In this document: positions 11,041 through 20,639 of the stretch, one piece after another
Position numbering within the stretch: the stretch's first letter is position 1
How the letters are laid out: each line of letters opens with the position of its first letter
Assembly (NCBI GenBank): GCA_018714145.1
Contig: DVNS01000130.1
Location: 1 to 62,239 of the forward strand
Direction of reading: 5' to 3'
DNA from: Candidatus Avilachnospira avistercoris
GTDB taxonomy: Bacteria; Bacillota; Clostridia; Lachnospirales; Lachnospiraceae
DNA length: 62,239 nt
Made by a program: the position numbers and the translations under genes
Notes under the pieces: generated by a model
The model's database searches: none
Told to the model about the DNA's origin: nothing
The model's input: only the letters and a program-made list of their open reading frames with translations

Positions 11041-13029
11041 ATGCCTAAGGACAATATAACTAAGGATGCACAGCAGGGCGGCGAAGAGCTCAATCATATC
11101 TTGCAGGCCCGCAGGGATAAGCTTACGGAGCTTCAGGCTGCCGGAAAAGATCCCTTTGTCATCACAAAATATGACCAGACCCATCATTCGGATGAGATAA
11201 AGGCTCATTATGATGAGCTGGAGGGAAAAGAGGTCTCCATTGCAGGCAGGCTCATGCTGAAGCGTGTCATGGGCAAGGCCTCATTCTGTCATATATCCGA
11301 CCGCAGCGGCAGCATACAGGCCTATGTGGCAAGGGACAGCATAGGTGAGGAAAGCTATGCTGATTTCAAGAAGCTGGATATAGGCGATATCATCGGTGTA
11401 AAGGGCACGGTCTTTAAGACCAAGACCGGAGAGATATCCGTACACGCTGAGAGCGTGACGCTGCTCTCCAAGTCCCTTCAGGTTCTTCCTGAGAAGTTCC
11501 ATGGCATCACCGATACTGATACCCGCTACCGTCAGCGCTATGTGGACCTCATCATGAATCCAGAGGTCAAGGATACCTTTATCAAGCGCTCCATGATAAT
11601 CAGGGAGATAAGAAGGTATCTGGATGAGAGGGGCTTCATGGAGGTGGAGACACCGATGCTGGTGGAAAATGCCGGCGGTGCGGCAGCCCGTCCCTTCGTG
11701 ACCCATTTCAATGCCTTAAATGAGGACAAGAAGCTCCGCATATCCCTTGAGCTCTATCTTAAGAGGCTGATAGTTGGAGGCCTTGAGAAGGTCTACGAGA
11801 TAGGCCGTGTATTCAGGAATGAGGGCACCGATGCCATGCATAACCCTGAGTTCACGCTGATGGAGCTATATCAGGCATATACGGATTATCATGGCATGAT
11901 GGACCTGACTGAGGGCCTTTACCGTCATGTGGCAGAAAAGGTCTGCGGCACGACCAAGCTTAAGTTCAGGGGCAATATCATCGACCTTGGACAGCCCTTT
12001 AAGCGTGCCAGCATGGTAGATCTGGTAAAGGAATATACAGGCATAGATTTTGACGAGGTAAAGACCGATGCCGAGGCCAGACAGCTTGCAAAGGAGCATG
12101 GCCTTGAATTCATGGAGATGCATAAGAAGGGCAATATCCTGAGCCTGTTCTTTGAGGAATATGTGGAGGACAAGCTCATACAGCCTACCTTCGTCATAGA
12201 TCATCCCGTGGAGATAAGTCCCCTTACGAAGCGTAAGCCGGATAAGCCTGATTATGTAGAGAGATTTGAGCTCTTTATAAACGGAGGAGAGTTTGCCAAT
12301 GCCTACTCAGAGCTCAACGACCCCATAGACCAGAGGGAGCGCTTCAAGGCTGAGGAGGCCATGCTCGCAGCAGGAGATGAGGAGGCCAACACCACGGATG
12401 AGGACTTCATGAATGCCCTGATGATAGGCATGCCGCCCACAGGAGGCATAGGCTATGGTATCGACAGGCTTGCGATGCTGCTCACCGATTCCGATGCCAT
12501 CAGAGACGTACTGCTGTTCCCCACACTGAAGTCCCTCGATAAAAACGATACATCAAAGGCTCAGGGAAATGTGCAGGAGGAAGCTGCTTCCGAGGGAGCT
12601 CAGAGCACAGCTTCAGAGGCAGCGGCAGGCACTGAGATACCGAAGGTGGAGCTGGACCTTTCAAAGGTAAAGATAGAACCCCTCTTTGAGGATATGGTGG
12701 ACTTCGATACCTTCAGTAAGTCTGATTTCAGGATAGTGAAGGTAGAGGACTGCGAGGCAGTGCCCAAGTCAAAGAAGCTCCTTAAGTTTACGCTCAACGA
12801 CGGCACGGAGCGCAGGAGGACCATCCTAAGCGGCATCCACGAGTTCTATGAGCCTGAGCAGCTTATAGGAAAGACCTGCGTGGCCATCACGAACCTTCCT
12901 CCGAGGAAGATGATGGGCATAGACTCAGAGGGCATGCTGATATCCGCAGTATATGAGTATGACGGACATGAGGGACTCAATCTCCTCATGCTGGATGACA
13001 GCATACCTGCAGGAGCAAAGCTTTACTGA
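11041..13029 (+). CDS. lysS: lysine--tRNA ligase (class II) with C-terminal tRNA-binding (EMAPII/Trbp111-like) domain
   Basis: Class II LysRS core runs to about aa 497 (ends ...[11 protein letters not shown]). An Ala/Glu/Ser-rich linker and a ~110-aa OB-type tRNA-binding domain follow ([27 protein letters not shown]...[11 protein letters not shown]). Confidence 0.92.
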   Translation: MPKDNITKDAQQGGEELNHILQARRDKLTELQAAGKDPFVITKYDQTHHSDEIKAHYDELEGKEVSIAGRLMLKRVMGKASFCHISDRSGSIQAYVARDSIGEESYADFKKLDIGDIIGVKGTVFKTKTGEISVHAESVTLLSKSLQVLPEKFHGITDTDTRYRQRYVDLIMNPEVKDTFIKRSMIIREIRRYLDERGFMEVETPMLVENAGGAAARPFVTHFNALNEDKKLRISLELYLKRLIVGGLEKVYEIGRVFRNEGTDAMHNPEFTLMELYQAYTDYHGMMDLTEGLYRHVAEKVCGTTKLKFRGNIIDLGQPFKRASMVDLVKEYTGIDFDEVKTDAEARQLAKEHGLEFMEMHKKGNILSLFFEEYVEDKLIQPTFVIDHPVEISPLTKRKPDKPDYVERFELFINGGEFANAYSELNDPIDQRERFKAEEAMLAAGDEEANTTDEDFMNALMIGMPPTGGIGYGIDRLAMLLTDSDAIRDVLLFPTLKSLDKNDTSKAQGNVQEEAASEGAQSTASEAAAGTEIPKVELDLSKVKIEPLFEDMVDFDTFSKSDFRIVKVEDCEAVPKSKKLLKFTLNDGTERRRTILSGIHEFYEPEQLIGKTCVAITNLPPRKMMGIDSEGMLISAVYEYDGHEGLNLLMLDDSIPAGAKLY

Positions 13030-13140
13030 TTTGACACCAATTTGGCACCAAACGATGCAGGCTTTTATGCAGAGCCTTGCAGCCTCATAAATAAATATCC
13101 ACCCGCTATTTGACGGAATGGATCATTTGAAGGTTATAGA

Positions 13141-13173
13141 CTGTCGCACCGCAAAAGGTGCGGCAGTTTTTTT
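13141..13173 (+). terminator. rho-independent terminator downstream of lysS
   Basis: CTGTCGCACC, GCAAAA loop, GGTGCGGCAG (10-bp stem with one G-U), then T7. Confidence 0.8.
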
Positions 13174-13285
13174 AAAAAATCGAAGCAAAGACTTTACAGA
13201 GTCGATGAATATTTCATATATTATAAAAAACTTATGTTAAAGCACATGATAAATGTGCCAATCATTGATAAAGGAGGAATTGCAT

Positions 13286-13741
13286 ATGCTGGATATAGGG
13301 ATCAAGGCACCAGATTTTGAACTTCCGGATCAGAACGGGGAGCTTCGCTCACTTTCAGAGTTCAGGGGAAAGAAGGTCATACTATATTTTTATCCCAAGG
13401 ATATGACGCCGGGCTGCACAAAGCAGGCCTGCTCCTTTGGTGAGCTTTATCCCCAGTTTCAGGAGAAGGGGGCTGTGGTGCTGGGAGTGAGCAAGGATAG
13501 TGTTGCCTCCCATAAGAGGTTTGAGGAAAAATATGGCCTGCCCTTTGTACTCCTTTCCGATCCTGAGAGAAAGGTCATAGAGGCCTATGACGTGTGGAAG
13601 GAAAAGAAGAATTATGGCAAGGTATCCATGGGAGTGGTCAGAAGCACTTATCTGATAGATGAGGAGGGTGTGATAATAAAGGCCTTCGGCAATGTAAAGG
13701 CGGCGGAAAACCCTGCAAAGATGCTGGGAGAGCTTTCATGA
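13286..13741 (+). CDS. bcp: thioredoxin-dependent thiol peroxidase (Bcp/PrxQ peroxiredoxin)
   Basis: AhpC/TSA fold with FYPKDMTPGCTKQAC active site. ATG 13286 is 8 nt after AAGGAGG (the ORF opens at 13253). Confidence 0.9.
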   Translation: MLDIGIKAPDFELPDQNGELRSLSEFRGKKVILYFYPKDMTPGCTKQACSFGELYPQFQEKGAVVLGVSKDSVASHKRFEEKYGLPFVLLSDPERKVIEAYDVWKEKKNYGKVSMGVVRSTYLIDEEGVIIKAFGNVKAAENPAKMLGELS

Positions 13742-14478
13742 GGATCATAATTGCGCCGGCAAAACAGATGAAGGACAGCACGGATTTGTTGGAGCCTGAA
13801 GCCCTTCCGGTATTTCTTGACCGGGCGGAACAACTTCGAGGCTATATACAGTCGCTATCCTTTGAGGAGCAGAAAAAGCTTTGGGCCTGCAATGAAAGGA
13901 TTGCATGGCAGAACCATGAACGCTTCAGGGATATGGATCTCAGAAAGGGTCTTACGCCGGCGATACTGTCCTATGATGGGATACAGTATAAATATATGGC
14001 TCCAGCGGTATTTGAAACTAGGGAGCTTTCCTATATTGAAGAACACCTTAGGATCCTTTCGGGATTTTACGGGGTGCTTAAACCCATGGACGGGGTAGTG
14101 CCCTATAGACTGGAAATGCAGGCCAAGGCCAGTCCGAATGGCTGCCGGGATCTCTATGATTTCTGGGGCAAAAGGCTCTATCAGGAAGTCAGGGATGAAA
14201 GCGGGATCATCATCAATCTGGCCTCAAAGGAATACTCAAAATGCATAGAGCGCTACCTTGGATCCGGGGACCGTTTTATCACCTGTATCTTCGGGGAGCT
14301 TTCCGGAGGAAAGGTGGTCCAGAAGGGAGTTCATGCCAAGATGGCTCGGGGAGAGATGGTCAGATATATGGCATCCTTAGGAGCGAAGGAGCCCGAGGCG
14401 ATAAAGGGATTTTCGGCTGGAGGATATGCCTTTGATGAGGACAGATCCTCAGCGGATAAATATGTGTTTTTAATATAA
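13738..14478 (+). CDS. yaaA: peroxide stress protein YaaA (DUF328/UPF0246)
   Basis: N-terminus MRIIIAPAKQM and overall length match the YaaA family. ATGA overlap with the bcp stop. Confidence 0.85.
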   Translation: MRIIIAPAKQMKDSTDLLEPEALPVFLDRAEQLRGYIQSLSFEEQKKLWACNERIAWQNHERFRDMDLRKGLTPAILSYDGIQYKYMAPAVFETRELSYIEEHLRILSGFYGVLKPMDGVVPYRLEMQAKASPNGCRDLYDFWGKRLYQEVRDESGIIINLASKEYSKCIERYLGSGDRFITCIFGELSGGKVVQKGVHAKMARGEMVRYMASLGAKEPEAIKGFSAGGYAFDEDRSSADKYVFLI

Positions 14479-14481
14479 TAT

Positions 14482-14510
14482 TTGACGCATTATGATGAGT
14501 GGTATATCAT
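14482..14510 (+). promoter_or_regulatory. candidate promoter for the CPBP/glycosylation genes
   Basis: TTGACG, 17 nt spacer, TATCAT. An overlapping TGGTATATC extended -10-like string is also present. Confidence 0.35.
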
Positions 14511-14549
14511 GGACATGGAATTGTTTGACAGTACATCAAGGAGGGATTT

Positions 14550-15458
14550 ATGGATAATGAGATAAAAACAGGACAGAACAAGAAGGCTTCAGTAAGTGGG
14601 ATGCTGCATGATTTTATGGAGCACCATGCGCCTTGGTTCTGGATAATTTTCAGTGTCGTGACCGTGCTTATAGTTTATAAGTCCTTCAGTCTCACGTTTC
14701 TTGAAAAGACCCCTTATACTTGGGACGATGTGTTCCAGCATTACACCTTGGCTTTGCTCTGTATCATACTCATGAGGGAGTCCTATAAGGGACAGTTTCA
14801 TCTGGGCTTCCGTACGGAACGCTTCGGCCTCTGCCTGCTTCTTTGCTGGCCGGCCATACCCTTTATGCTCCTAAACCTTTTGACCTCGCTGAGCGATCAG
14901 CCGATAATACCTGAGAGCCTTATACTCATGCTCCTCAGCAACTTTGCCATAGGTCTTTTTGAAGAGGTGGTGGTCAGAGCCATACTTGTAGGACACATGA
15001 TGCACCACTGGAAGGGAGATAAGCACAGGGTGCTTAAGTCTGTGCTTTGCTCGGCCCTGCTGTTCGGCATACTTCACATAGGCAATTTCTTCTCAAATCC
15101 TGTGGGTACCATCTTCCAGATAGTATATGCGAGCGGCATAGGAGTCATGTTTGCGGCGGCTTATATACGTAGCAGGAACCTATGGCCCTGCATCATCCTG
15201 CATGCTCTTGTGGACCTGTGTGCAAATCTTGGACATATATACGTTCCCCTTCAGGCAGATATGGCAGCCTATCAGGAAGAGCTTATGAGCGTTCCGAGTC
15301 TCGTCAGCTATTATGTACCCTATGATGTGGTCATGATGCTTCCGGGTCTGGTGCTTGTAGGGGCTGTCCTGATCTCGATAGTGGCCGCCATAGCAGGTGC
15401 CTTTACCTTAAGAAAATCAAAGGCTCAAGAGATAGAGGCCCTCTGGGAGGAGATGTGA
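14550..15458 (+). CDS. CPBP-family intramembrane glutamic endopeptidase (CAAX protease-like)
   Basis: Polytopic membrane protein with EEVVVR, FGILH and HALVD motifs characteristic of the CPBP/Abi family. Confidence 0.8.
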   Translation: MDNEIKTGQNKKASVSGMLHDFMEHHAPWFWIIFSVVTVLIVYKSFSLTFLEKTPYTWDDVFQHYTLALLCIILMRESYKGQFHLGFRTERFGLCLLLCWPAIPFMLLNLLTSLSDQPIIPESLILMLLSNFAIGLFEEVVVRAILVGHMMHHWKGDKHRVLKSVLCSALLFGILHIGNFFSNPVGTIFQIVYASGIGVMFAAAYIRSRNLWPCIILHALVDLCANLGHIYVPLQADMAAYQEELMSVPSLVSYYVPYDVVMMLPGLVLVGAVLISIVAAIAGAFTLRKSKAQEIEALWEEM

Positions 15459-15490
15459 CCCTGTTGGCTGCAGGGAGAGATTTAGTAAAT

Positions 15491-16453
15491 ATGATTCCTG
15501 TATTGTTTATCATCATACCCTGCTATAATGAGGAGAAGGTCCTGCCTTTGACCTGCTCCATGTTTTTGGGTAAGCTCTGTTCCATGACGGCGGAGGGACT
15601 TATAAGCGACAAGAGCCGCATCATGTTCGTAAATGATGGAAGTTCCGACGGCACATGGGATATCATCCAAAGCCTGTCAAGGAAGGACGAGCACTATATA
15701 GGCATATCCCAGAGCCGCAACAGAGGACATCAGAATGCGGTCCTTGCAGGTCTCATGGAGGCAAAGGATATGTGCGATATCACCATTTCCATAGACTGTG
15801 ACGGTCAGGATGATATAGGCGTCATGGATAAGATGGTAAGAGCCTATCTTTCCGGCAATGAGGTCGTATACGGGGTCCGCAGCAGCAGGGATACTGACAG
15901 CTTTTTTAAACGGGTCTCCGCTGAGGGTTTTTATAAGCTCCTTAACTGGATGGGAGCCGAGGTAGTCTATAATCATGCGGACTATAGGCTCATCTCCAGC
16001 AGGGTATTAAAGGAGCTTGCCAATTTTCATGAGGTCAACCTCTACCTGAGAGGACTTGTGCCCTTGGTGGGCTTTAAGAGCACCGAGGTCAGCTATGAAA
16101 GACATGAGCGCATGGCAGGGGAGAGCCATTATCCGCTGAAAAAGATGATAGGACTTGCCTTTGATGGCATCACCAGCCTGAGCATAAGGCCCATACATCT
16201 TATCACCGGCTTGGGTGGGCTCATAGCCATACTCAGCTTTATAGGGGTCATATGGTCCGTAGTCATGTGGGCCATAGGCCATACCGTGTCCGGATGGGCG
16301 AGCATGATATGTGCCGTCTGCTTCATAGGTGGTATGCAGCTCATATGCCTTGGAGTCATAGGCGAGTATATAGGCAAGATATATCTTGAGACCAAACAGA
16401 GACCCAGATATATCATCTCCGAGAGGACTTATGAAAGGACAGAAGGACTTTAA
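15491..16453 (+). CDS. GT2 glycosyltransferase, GtrB/CsbB-like polyprenol-phosphate sugar synthase
   Basis: IIIPCYNEE and DCDGQDD (DxD) motifs plus two C-terminal TM helices. The ORF opens at GTG 15455; I prefer ATG 15491. Confidence 0.85.
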   Translation: MIPVLFIIIPCYNEEKVLPLTCSMFLGKLCSMTAEGLISDKSRIMFVNDGSSDGTWDIIQSLSRKDEHYIGISQSRNRGHQNAVLAGLMEAKDMCDITISIDCDGQDDIGVMDKMVRAYLSGNEVVYGVRSSRDTDSFFKRVSAEGFYKLLNWMGAEVVYNHADYRLISSRVLKELANFHEVNLYLRGLVPLVGFKSTEVSYERHERMAGESHYPLKKMIGLAFDGITSLSIRPIHLITGLGGLIAILSFIGVIWSVVMWAIGHTVSGWASMICAVCFIGGMQLICLGVIGEYIGKIYLETKQRPRYIISERTYERTEGL

Positions 16454-16484
16454 GGGAGGTGCGGCATCGGGTCAAGGGGCTGAT

Positions 16485-18338
16485 ATGGATAAAGCTTTTT
16501 CGCAGGACTCACAAAAAAGCCTGAGCAGTATGCTTGGAAAACTTATACACCTGTGCTTCGGACTTATGATGGCCGGAGTACTTTTTATATGCCTTTTTCT
16601 GCAGTACATAGACTATGGCAGAAAGGGCATAGAATACAAATATGATTATGTCCCTAACAATATACTGGCGGTGGTGCTTGGAGGGGCGGCTATAGTGCTC
16701 ATCTATCTTCTGCTTCATCTCTTCCTTGATAAGAGGAGTTCAAAGCACGAGAGCTTATTTTTCGTCTGCCTAAGCCTCCTTCTTTTTTTGCTCCAGATAA
16801 AGCTGGTCTTTTCCTATTATTTCTTTACGGACTGGGATGTCAATGTGCTGACTAGGCTCTACATACTTAAGGCTGAGACCGGACCCCATGTGGATGCGGT
16901 CATAGCGGATTATTTTTCTACCTATCCCAATAATCTCTTTCTTCAGTGGATGCTCCTGACGGTATCTGAGATACCTTCGATGCTTGGCATAGCGGGAAGG
17001 GAATACGAGGCCATACTCATCTTTTTGTGCCTTATCAACCAGCTTATCTGTATGCTTACGTTTTTCCTGTCGAGAAGGCTTTTTGTAAGGCGGAGCCTTG
17101 CATGGTTAAGCTGGCTGCTGTGCTTTTTACTGGTGGGCCTCTCGCCTTGGACCTCCATACCCTATTCGGATTCAGTGGGACTGATATTTCCGATGCTCTT
17201 TGCCTTTATTTTATACGGCTTGGACGCTGAGAAAGCTGCGGAGAGCAGTAGTATGATAGAAGCTGAGGGGGCTTTTGCAGGCTCTGGGCGTTTTGGAAGC
17301 TGTGAAAACTCCGCTTGCTTTGAACGCTTTGAATGTTTCAGTAAAGTCAGGCTGCATCGGACTTTTATGATAGTGCTCCTTGGCCTTCTTGCGGCTATGT
17401 CATACGCAGTCAAGCCTCAGGCCTTTATCATAGTTATAGCTGCAATACTGATTAAACTTACTGATACAGCCGAAGATATAAAAAATCACAAAAGACATAA
17501 GTTTAAAACCTTAATATTTGCAATTATTTTAGCCGCCTTCGGCTTTTTCTGCGGCATGCAGCTTTGCGACAGGGCAGGGCAGAGCTTGGGCATAGAGGTG
17601 GATGAAGAAGGTACCTTCGGCCTTACCCATTATATCATGCTGGGGCTCAATGACCGGGAAATGGGAGTATACGATCAGGAGGACTATGATATCTCCCATA
17701 ATGCGGCAGACAGGGAAGAGAGACGGGAGGCAAACCTTAGGACCACTGCAGAAAGGCTTAAGCGCATGGGGCCTGTGGGCCTTATCAAGCTGTTTGTACG
17801 AAAGACACTGACTAATTTCAATGACGGAAATTTCTGCTGGGGCGGAGAGGGAGTGTTTTATTTTAAGATGAGGGAGTCTGACGGAGGCTTCCTTGATGAG
17901 CTCACGAGGGACATATATTATAATCGGACGATGGAGGGAAGGTATTATAAATATTATGATTTCATCTGTCAGTCCGTATGGATGGGTGTGCTGCTCCTTT
18001 GTGCTCTCAATATGCTTCCGGCTAAAAAGGAAGGATGCTTTGGGAGGGCGGTACAGGCAAAGTCCTCCGAAGGCATATCAGCCTCAGGCTCCCTGAGTCA
18101 GGCTGATATATCCTGCCTATCATCGAAGCCTTATAAGGGCTTTGCCGGGCCTACTTCAAAGGCAGATATGAATTTGCGCATTTCCTCCGTCCTGCTGCTT
18201 TCCCTCATAGGACTTATCGTCTTTGAGACCATATTTGAGGCGAGGGCCAGATATCTGTATATCTATGTGCCGGTGTTCTGCATAGCGGCAGTGATGGGAC
18301 TTGATAAGCTGATGAAACGAGGACATTTAAATGACTGA
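16485..18338 (+). CDS. large polytopic membrane protein, probable GT-C-type glycosyltransferase partner of the GT2
   Basis: About 617 aa with more than 10 TM segments and an extracytoplasmic C-terminal region. Sits directly after the GtrB-like gene. ATG 16485 is 5 nt after AAGGGG (the ORF opens at 16386, inside the GT2 gene). Function assigned from context only. Confidence 0.55.
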   Translation: MDKAFSQDSQKSLSSMLGKLIHLCFGLMMAGVLFICLFLQYIDYGRKGIEYKYDYVPNNILAVVLGGAAIVLIYLLLHLFLDKRSSKHESLFFVCLSLLLFLLQIKLVFSYYFFTDWDVNVLTRLYILKAETGPHVDAVIADYFSTYPNNLFLQWMLLTVSEIPSMLGIAGREYEAILIFLCLINQLICMLTFFLSRRLFVRRSLAWLSWLLCFLLVGLSPWTSIPYSDSVGLIFPMLFAFILYGLDAEKAAESSSMIEAEGAFAGSGRFGSCENSACFERFECFSKVRLHRTFMIVLLGLLAAMSYAVKPQAFIIVIAAILIKLTDTAEDIKNHKRHKFKTLIFAIILAAFGFFCGMQLCDRAGQSLGIEVDEEGTFGLTHYIMLGLNDREMGVYDQEDYDISHNAADREERREANLRTTAERLKRMGPVGLIKLFVRKTLTNFNDGNFCWGGEGVFYFKMRESDGGFLDELTRDIYYNRTMEGRYYKYYDFICQSVWMGVLLLCALNMLPAKKEGCFGRAVQAKSSEGISASGSLSQADISCLSSKPYKGFAGPTSKADMNLRISSVLLLSLIGLIVFETIFEARARYLYIYVPVFCIAAVMGLDKLMKRGHLND

Positions 18339-18993
18339 AGACATACGAAGACCGGAGACGACGGTGCTTCTGCACCATCTGATGGCATTATGCGGCGGAC
18401 TTACGGGGGTGTATTCCATAATGGGCCGCATGGGAGTCTTTGCTGCGGCAGAGACCACCAATATGATAGAGATAGTCTGCGACATATTGGGCAAGGAAAA
18501 TTTTGAATTCATGTATAGGGTCGTGGCCCTGCTTATATATATTTCTGCCATGGTCATCTATACCGTCATGAAGGAAAGAAGCGGACTGGAGCTAAGATAT
18601 ATCTCCATAGGGATAGATGCACTGGCGGTCATAAGCCTGTTTTTCATTCCCCTTGATATAGACCCCTTCGTGGCCCTGTATCCCCTGTTTTTTGCCGCTG
18701 CTTTCCAGTGGTGCAGTTTTGAGACTGCCAAGGGATATAGTTGCTCGACCATATTTTCTACCAATAATCTTAAGCAGACCGTGACCTCGGCTGCCGCCTG
18801 TCTTACGATGGAAAGCTCGTCTCCTGCAAGGGCAGGGATGGCGGAGAGATTTAGTTTTTACGGAGGCACCATGCTTTGCTTTTATGGGGGCGTAGGCATA
18901 GGCTATTGGGCCTTCATGGCCCTCGGCAATGCCAGCGTGCTTATAAGCCTGATACCCCTTGCAGCAGCCTTTATCAGTCTTAAAAGAAGCTAA
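18331..18993 (+). CDS. YoaK-family (DUF1275) membrane protein
   Basis: GGLTGVYSIMGRMGVFAAAETTNM resembles the DUF1275 N-terminal motif. Six hydrophobic segments. Start overlaps the upstream stop. Confidence 0.6.
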   Translation: MTEDIRRPETTVLLHHLMALCGGLTGVYSIMGRMGVFAAAETTNMIEIVCDILGKENFEFMYRVVALLIYISAMVIYTVMKERSGLELRYISIGIDALAVISLFFIPLDIDPFVALYPLFFAAAFQWCSFETAKGYSCSTIFSTNNLKQTVTSAAACLTMESSSPARAGMAERFSFYGGTMLCFYGGVGIGYWAFMALGNASVLISLIPLAAAFISLKRS

Positions 18994-18997
18994 AAGG

Positions 18998-19837
18998 ATG
19001 AATTTGAGCGATATGAAACGACTTAGCGGAGACTATCACACCCATTCGATTTATGATGACGGAAAGAGCACGCTCCTTGAAATGGCCCTTTCCGCTGAGA
19101 GAGCGGGCCTTGATTACCTTGGCTTTTCTGGACATGCCTGTCAGCCCTTTGGGGAGGAGTACTGCATAGCCCCTGAAAGGGTGAGGGATTATGTAGCTGA
19201 GGCGAGACAGCTTCAGAAGCAGTTCCTTGAGGAGGGACATGGCCTGCGGCTTTTTGTGGGCCTTGAGCTCGACATATATGGAAGGCCGGAGGAGGACCTT
19301 GACTATGTCATAGGTTCTGCCCACGGTATCATGGCAGACGGCAGGCTCTATAATGTGGACGAGAGCCCGGAGACTACGGGACGGCTTATAGATGAGGTAT
19401 TTTCCGGAGATGCCTATGCCATGACAAGGGCCTATTATGACAATGTGGCTAAGATACCAAGGCTTACCGGCTGCAGCATCATCGGGCATTTTGATCTGGT
19501 GACAAAATTCAATGAGAAACAGCCGATGTTTGATGAGCAGGATAAAAGGTATCTGGATGCGGCCCTTTCCGTGATGGAGTATCTTGTAAAGCAGGATATG
19601 ATATTTGAGATAAATACCGGAGCCATATCAAGGGGATGGAGGACTGAGCCCTATCCTGACATGAGGCTCCTTAGGGCCCTTTATGATATGGGAGGACGCA
19701 TCATGCTGAATTCCGATTCCCATCACAGGGATACGGTGGCCTATGGCTTTGAGCTTGCAAAAAGGAGGGCCAAGGAAGCGGGCTTCAGCTCCTCGGTACT
19801 GCTTACTGAAAGTGGATTTTTGGAGACTGCGCTTTGA
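18998..19837 (+). CDS. histidinol-phosphatase HisJ-family PHP-domain protein
   Basis: DYHTHS near the N-terminus, plus GHFD and SDSH metal-ligand motifs of PHP phosphoesterases. Start is uncertain (18959, 18998 or 19013). Confidence 0.7.
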   Translation: MNLSDMKRLSGDYHTHSIYDDGKSTLLEMALSAERAGLDYLGFSGHACQPFGEEYCIAPERVRDYVAEARQLQKQFLEEGHGLRLFVGLELDIYGRPEEDLDYVIGSAHGIMADGRLYNVDESPETTGRLIDEVFSGDAYAMTRAYYDNVAKIPRLTGCSIIGHFDLVTKFNEKQPMFDEQDKRYLDAALSVMEYLVKQDMIFEINTGAISRGWRTEPYPDMRLLRALYDMGGRIMLNSDSHHRDTVAYGFELAKRRAKEAGFSSSVLLTESGFLETAL

Positions 19838-19883
19838 CTTGACAGCCTGACGAGGGGCTGATAAGCTTGTTTTGGAGGTCAAT

Positions 19884-20639
19884 ATGCATAAAAAGGGTAT
19901 TTATGAGATAGCAGAAAATATCCCCATAGCCGACAAGACCTATAAAATGAGGCTCTTGGGCTATACGGGAGATATCAAAGTACCCGGACAGTTTATCAAT
20001 ATAGAGCTGCCGGGATATTATTTGAGACGTCCGATATCGATATGCGACTGGGATGAAAAAGGCATGGACATCATCTATAAGGTGGTGGGAGACGGTACCA
20101 AGCTCATGTCTGAGCTTGATCCCGGAACTAAGCTCGACATACTGACAGGCCTTGGCAATGGCTTTGATACGGGAGCTTTAAGGAGCGGAGGCACTGCGGC
20201 AGTCATAGGCGGCGGAGTCGGAGTTCCGCCCCTTTACGGCCTTGCAAAGAGGCTGATAAAAAATGGGATAAGGGTAAAGGCCGTGCTTGGCTTTAATGAG
20301 GAGTCCCAGATATTTTATGATAAGGAATTTGAAGCCTTGGGCGCAGAGGTGGTGCTTACTACCGCCGACGGCTCGAGGGGGCTTAAGGGCTTTGTCACCG
20401 ATGCCCTTAAGGATATGGAGCTTGAGTATTATTATTGCTGCGGCCCGATGCCGATGCTTAGAGCAGTACATAAGGCCCTTTCCTTACGCGGCATAGACGG
20501 AGAGCTCAGCTTTGAGGCAAGGATGGGCTGCGGATTCGGAGCCTGCATGGGCTGTTCCATGGAGACCCTTAAGGGGACCAAGCGCATCTGCAAGGACGGG
20601 CCGGTATTTAAGAGCACGGAGGTGAGCTTCGATGAGTGA
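19884..20639 (+). CDS. pyrK: dihydroorotate dehydrogenase B electron-transfer subunit
   Basis: FAD/NAD-binding fold (RRPISI) and a C-terminal 2Fe-2S cysteine cluster (CGFGACMGCS...C). ATG 19884 is 5 nt after GGAGG. Confidence 0.9.
   Translation: MHKKGIYEIAENIPIADKTYKMRLLGYTGDIKVPGQFINIELPGYYLRRPISICDWDEKGMDIIYKVVGDGTKLMSELDPGTKLDILTGLGNGFDTGALRSGGTAAVIGGGVGVPPLYGLAKRLIKNGIRVKAVLGFNEESQIFYDKEFEALGAEVVLTTADGSRGLKGFVTDALKDMELEYYYCCGPMPMLRAVHKALSLRGIDGELSFEARMGCGFGACMGCSMETLKGTKRICKDGPVFKSTEVSFDE

Noticed and set aside
13031-13140. Possible small gene or sRNA between lysS and its terminator: TTGACA/TTGACG -35-like hexamers and an 11-codon ORF at 13055
   Set aside because: The -10 matches are poor or mis-spaced, and the mini-ORF has no RBS. 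The simplest reading is a 110-nt 3' UTR of lysS ending at the 13141-13173 terminator.
13174-13285. PerR/OxyR-type operator upstream of bcp-yaaA
   Set aside because: The AT-rich promoter region (TTTACA ... TATATT) has no convincing TTATAAT-N-ATTATAA palindrome. The similarity is at the level expected from AT-richness.
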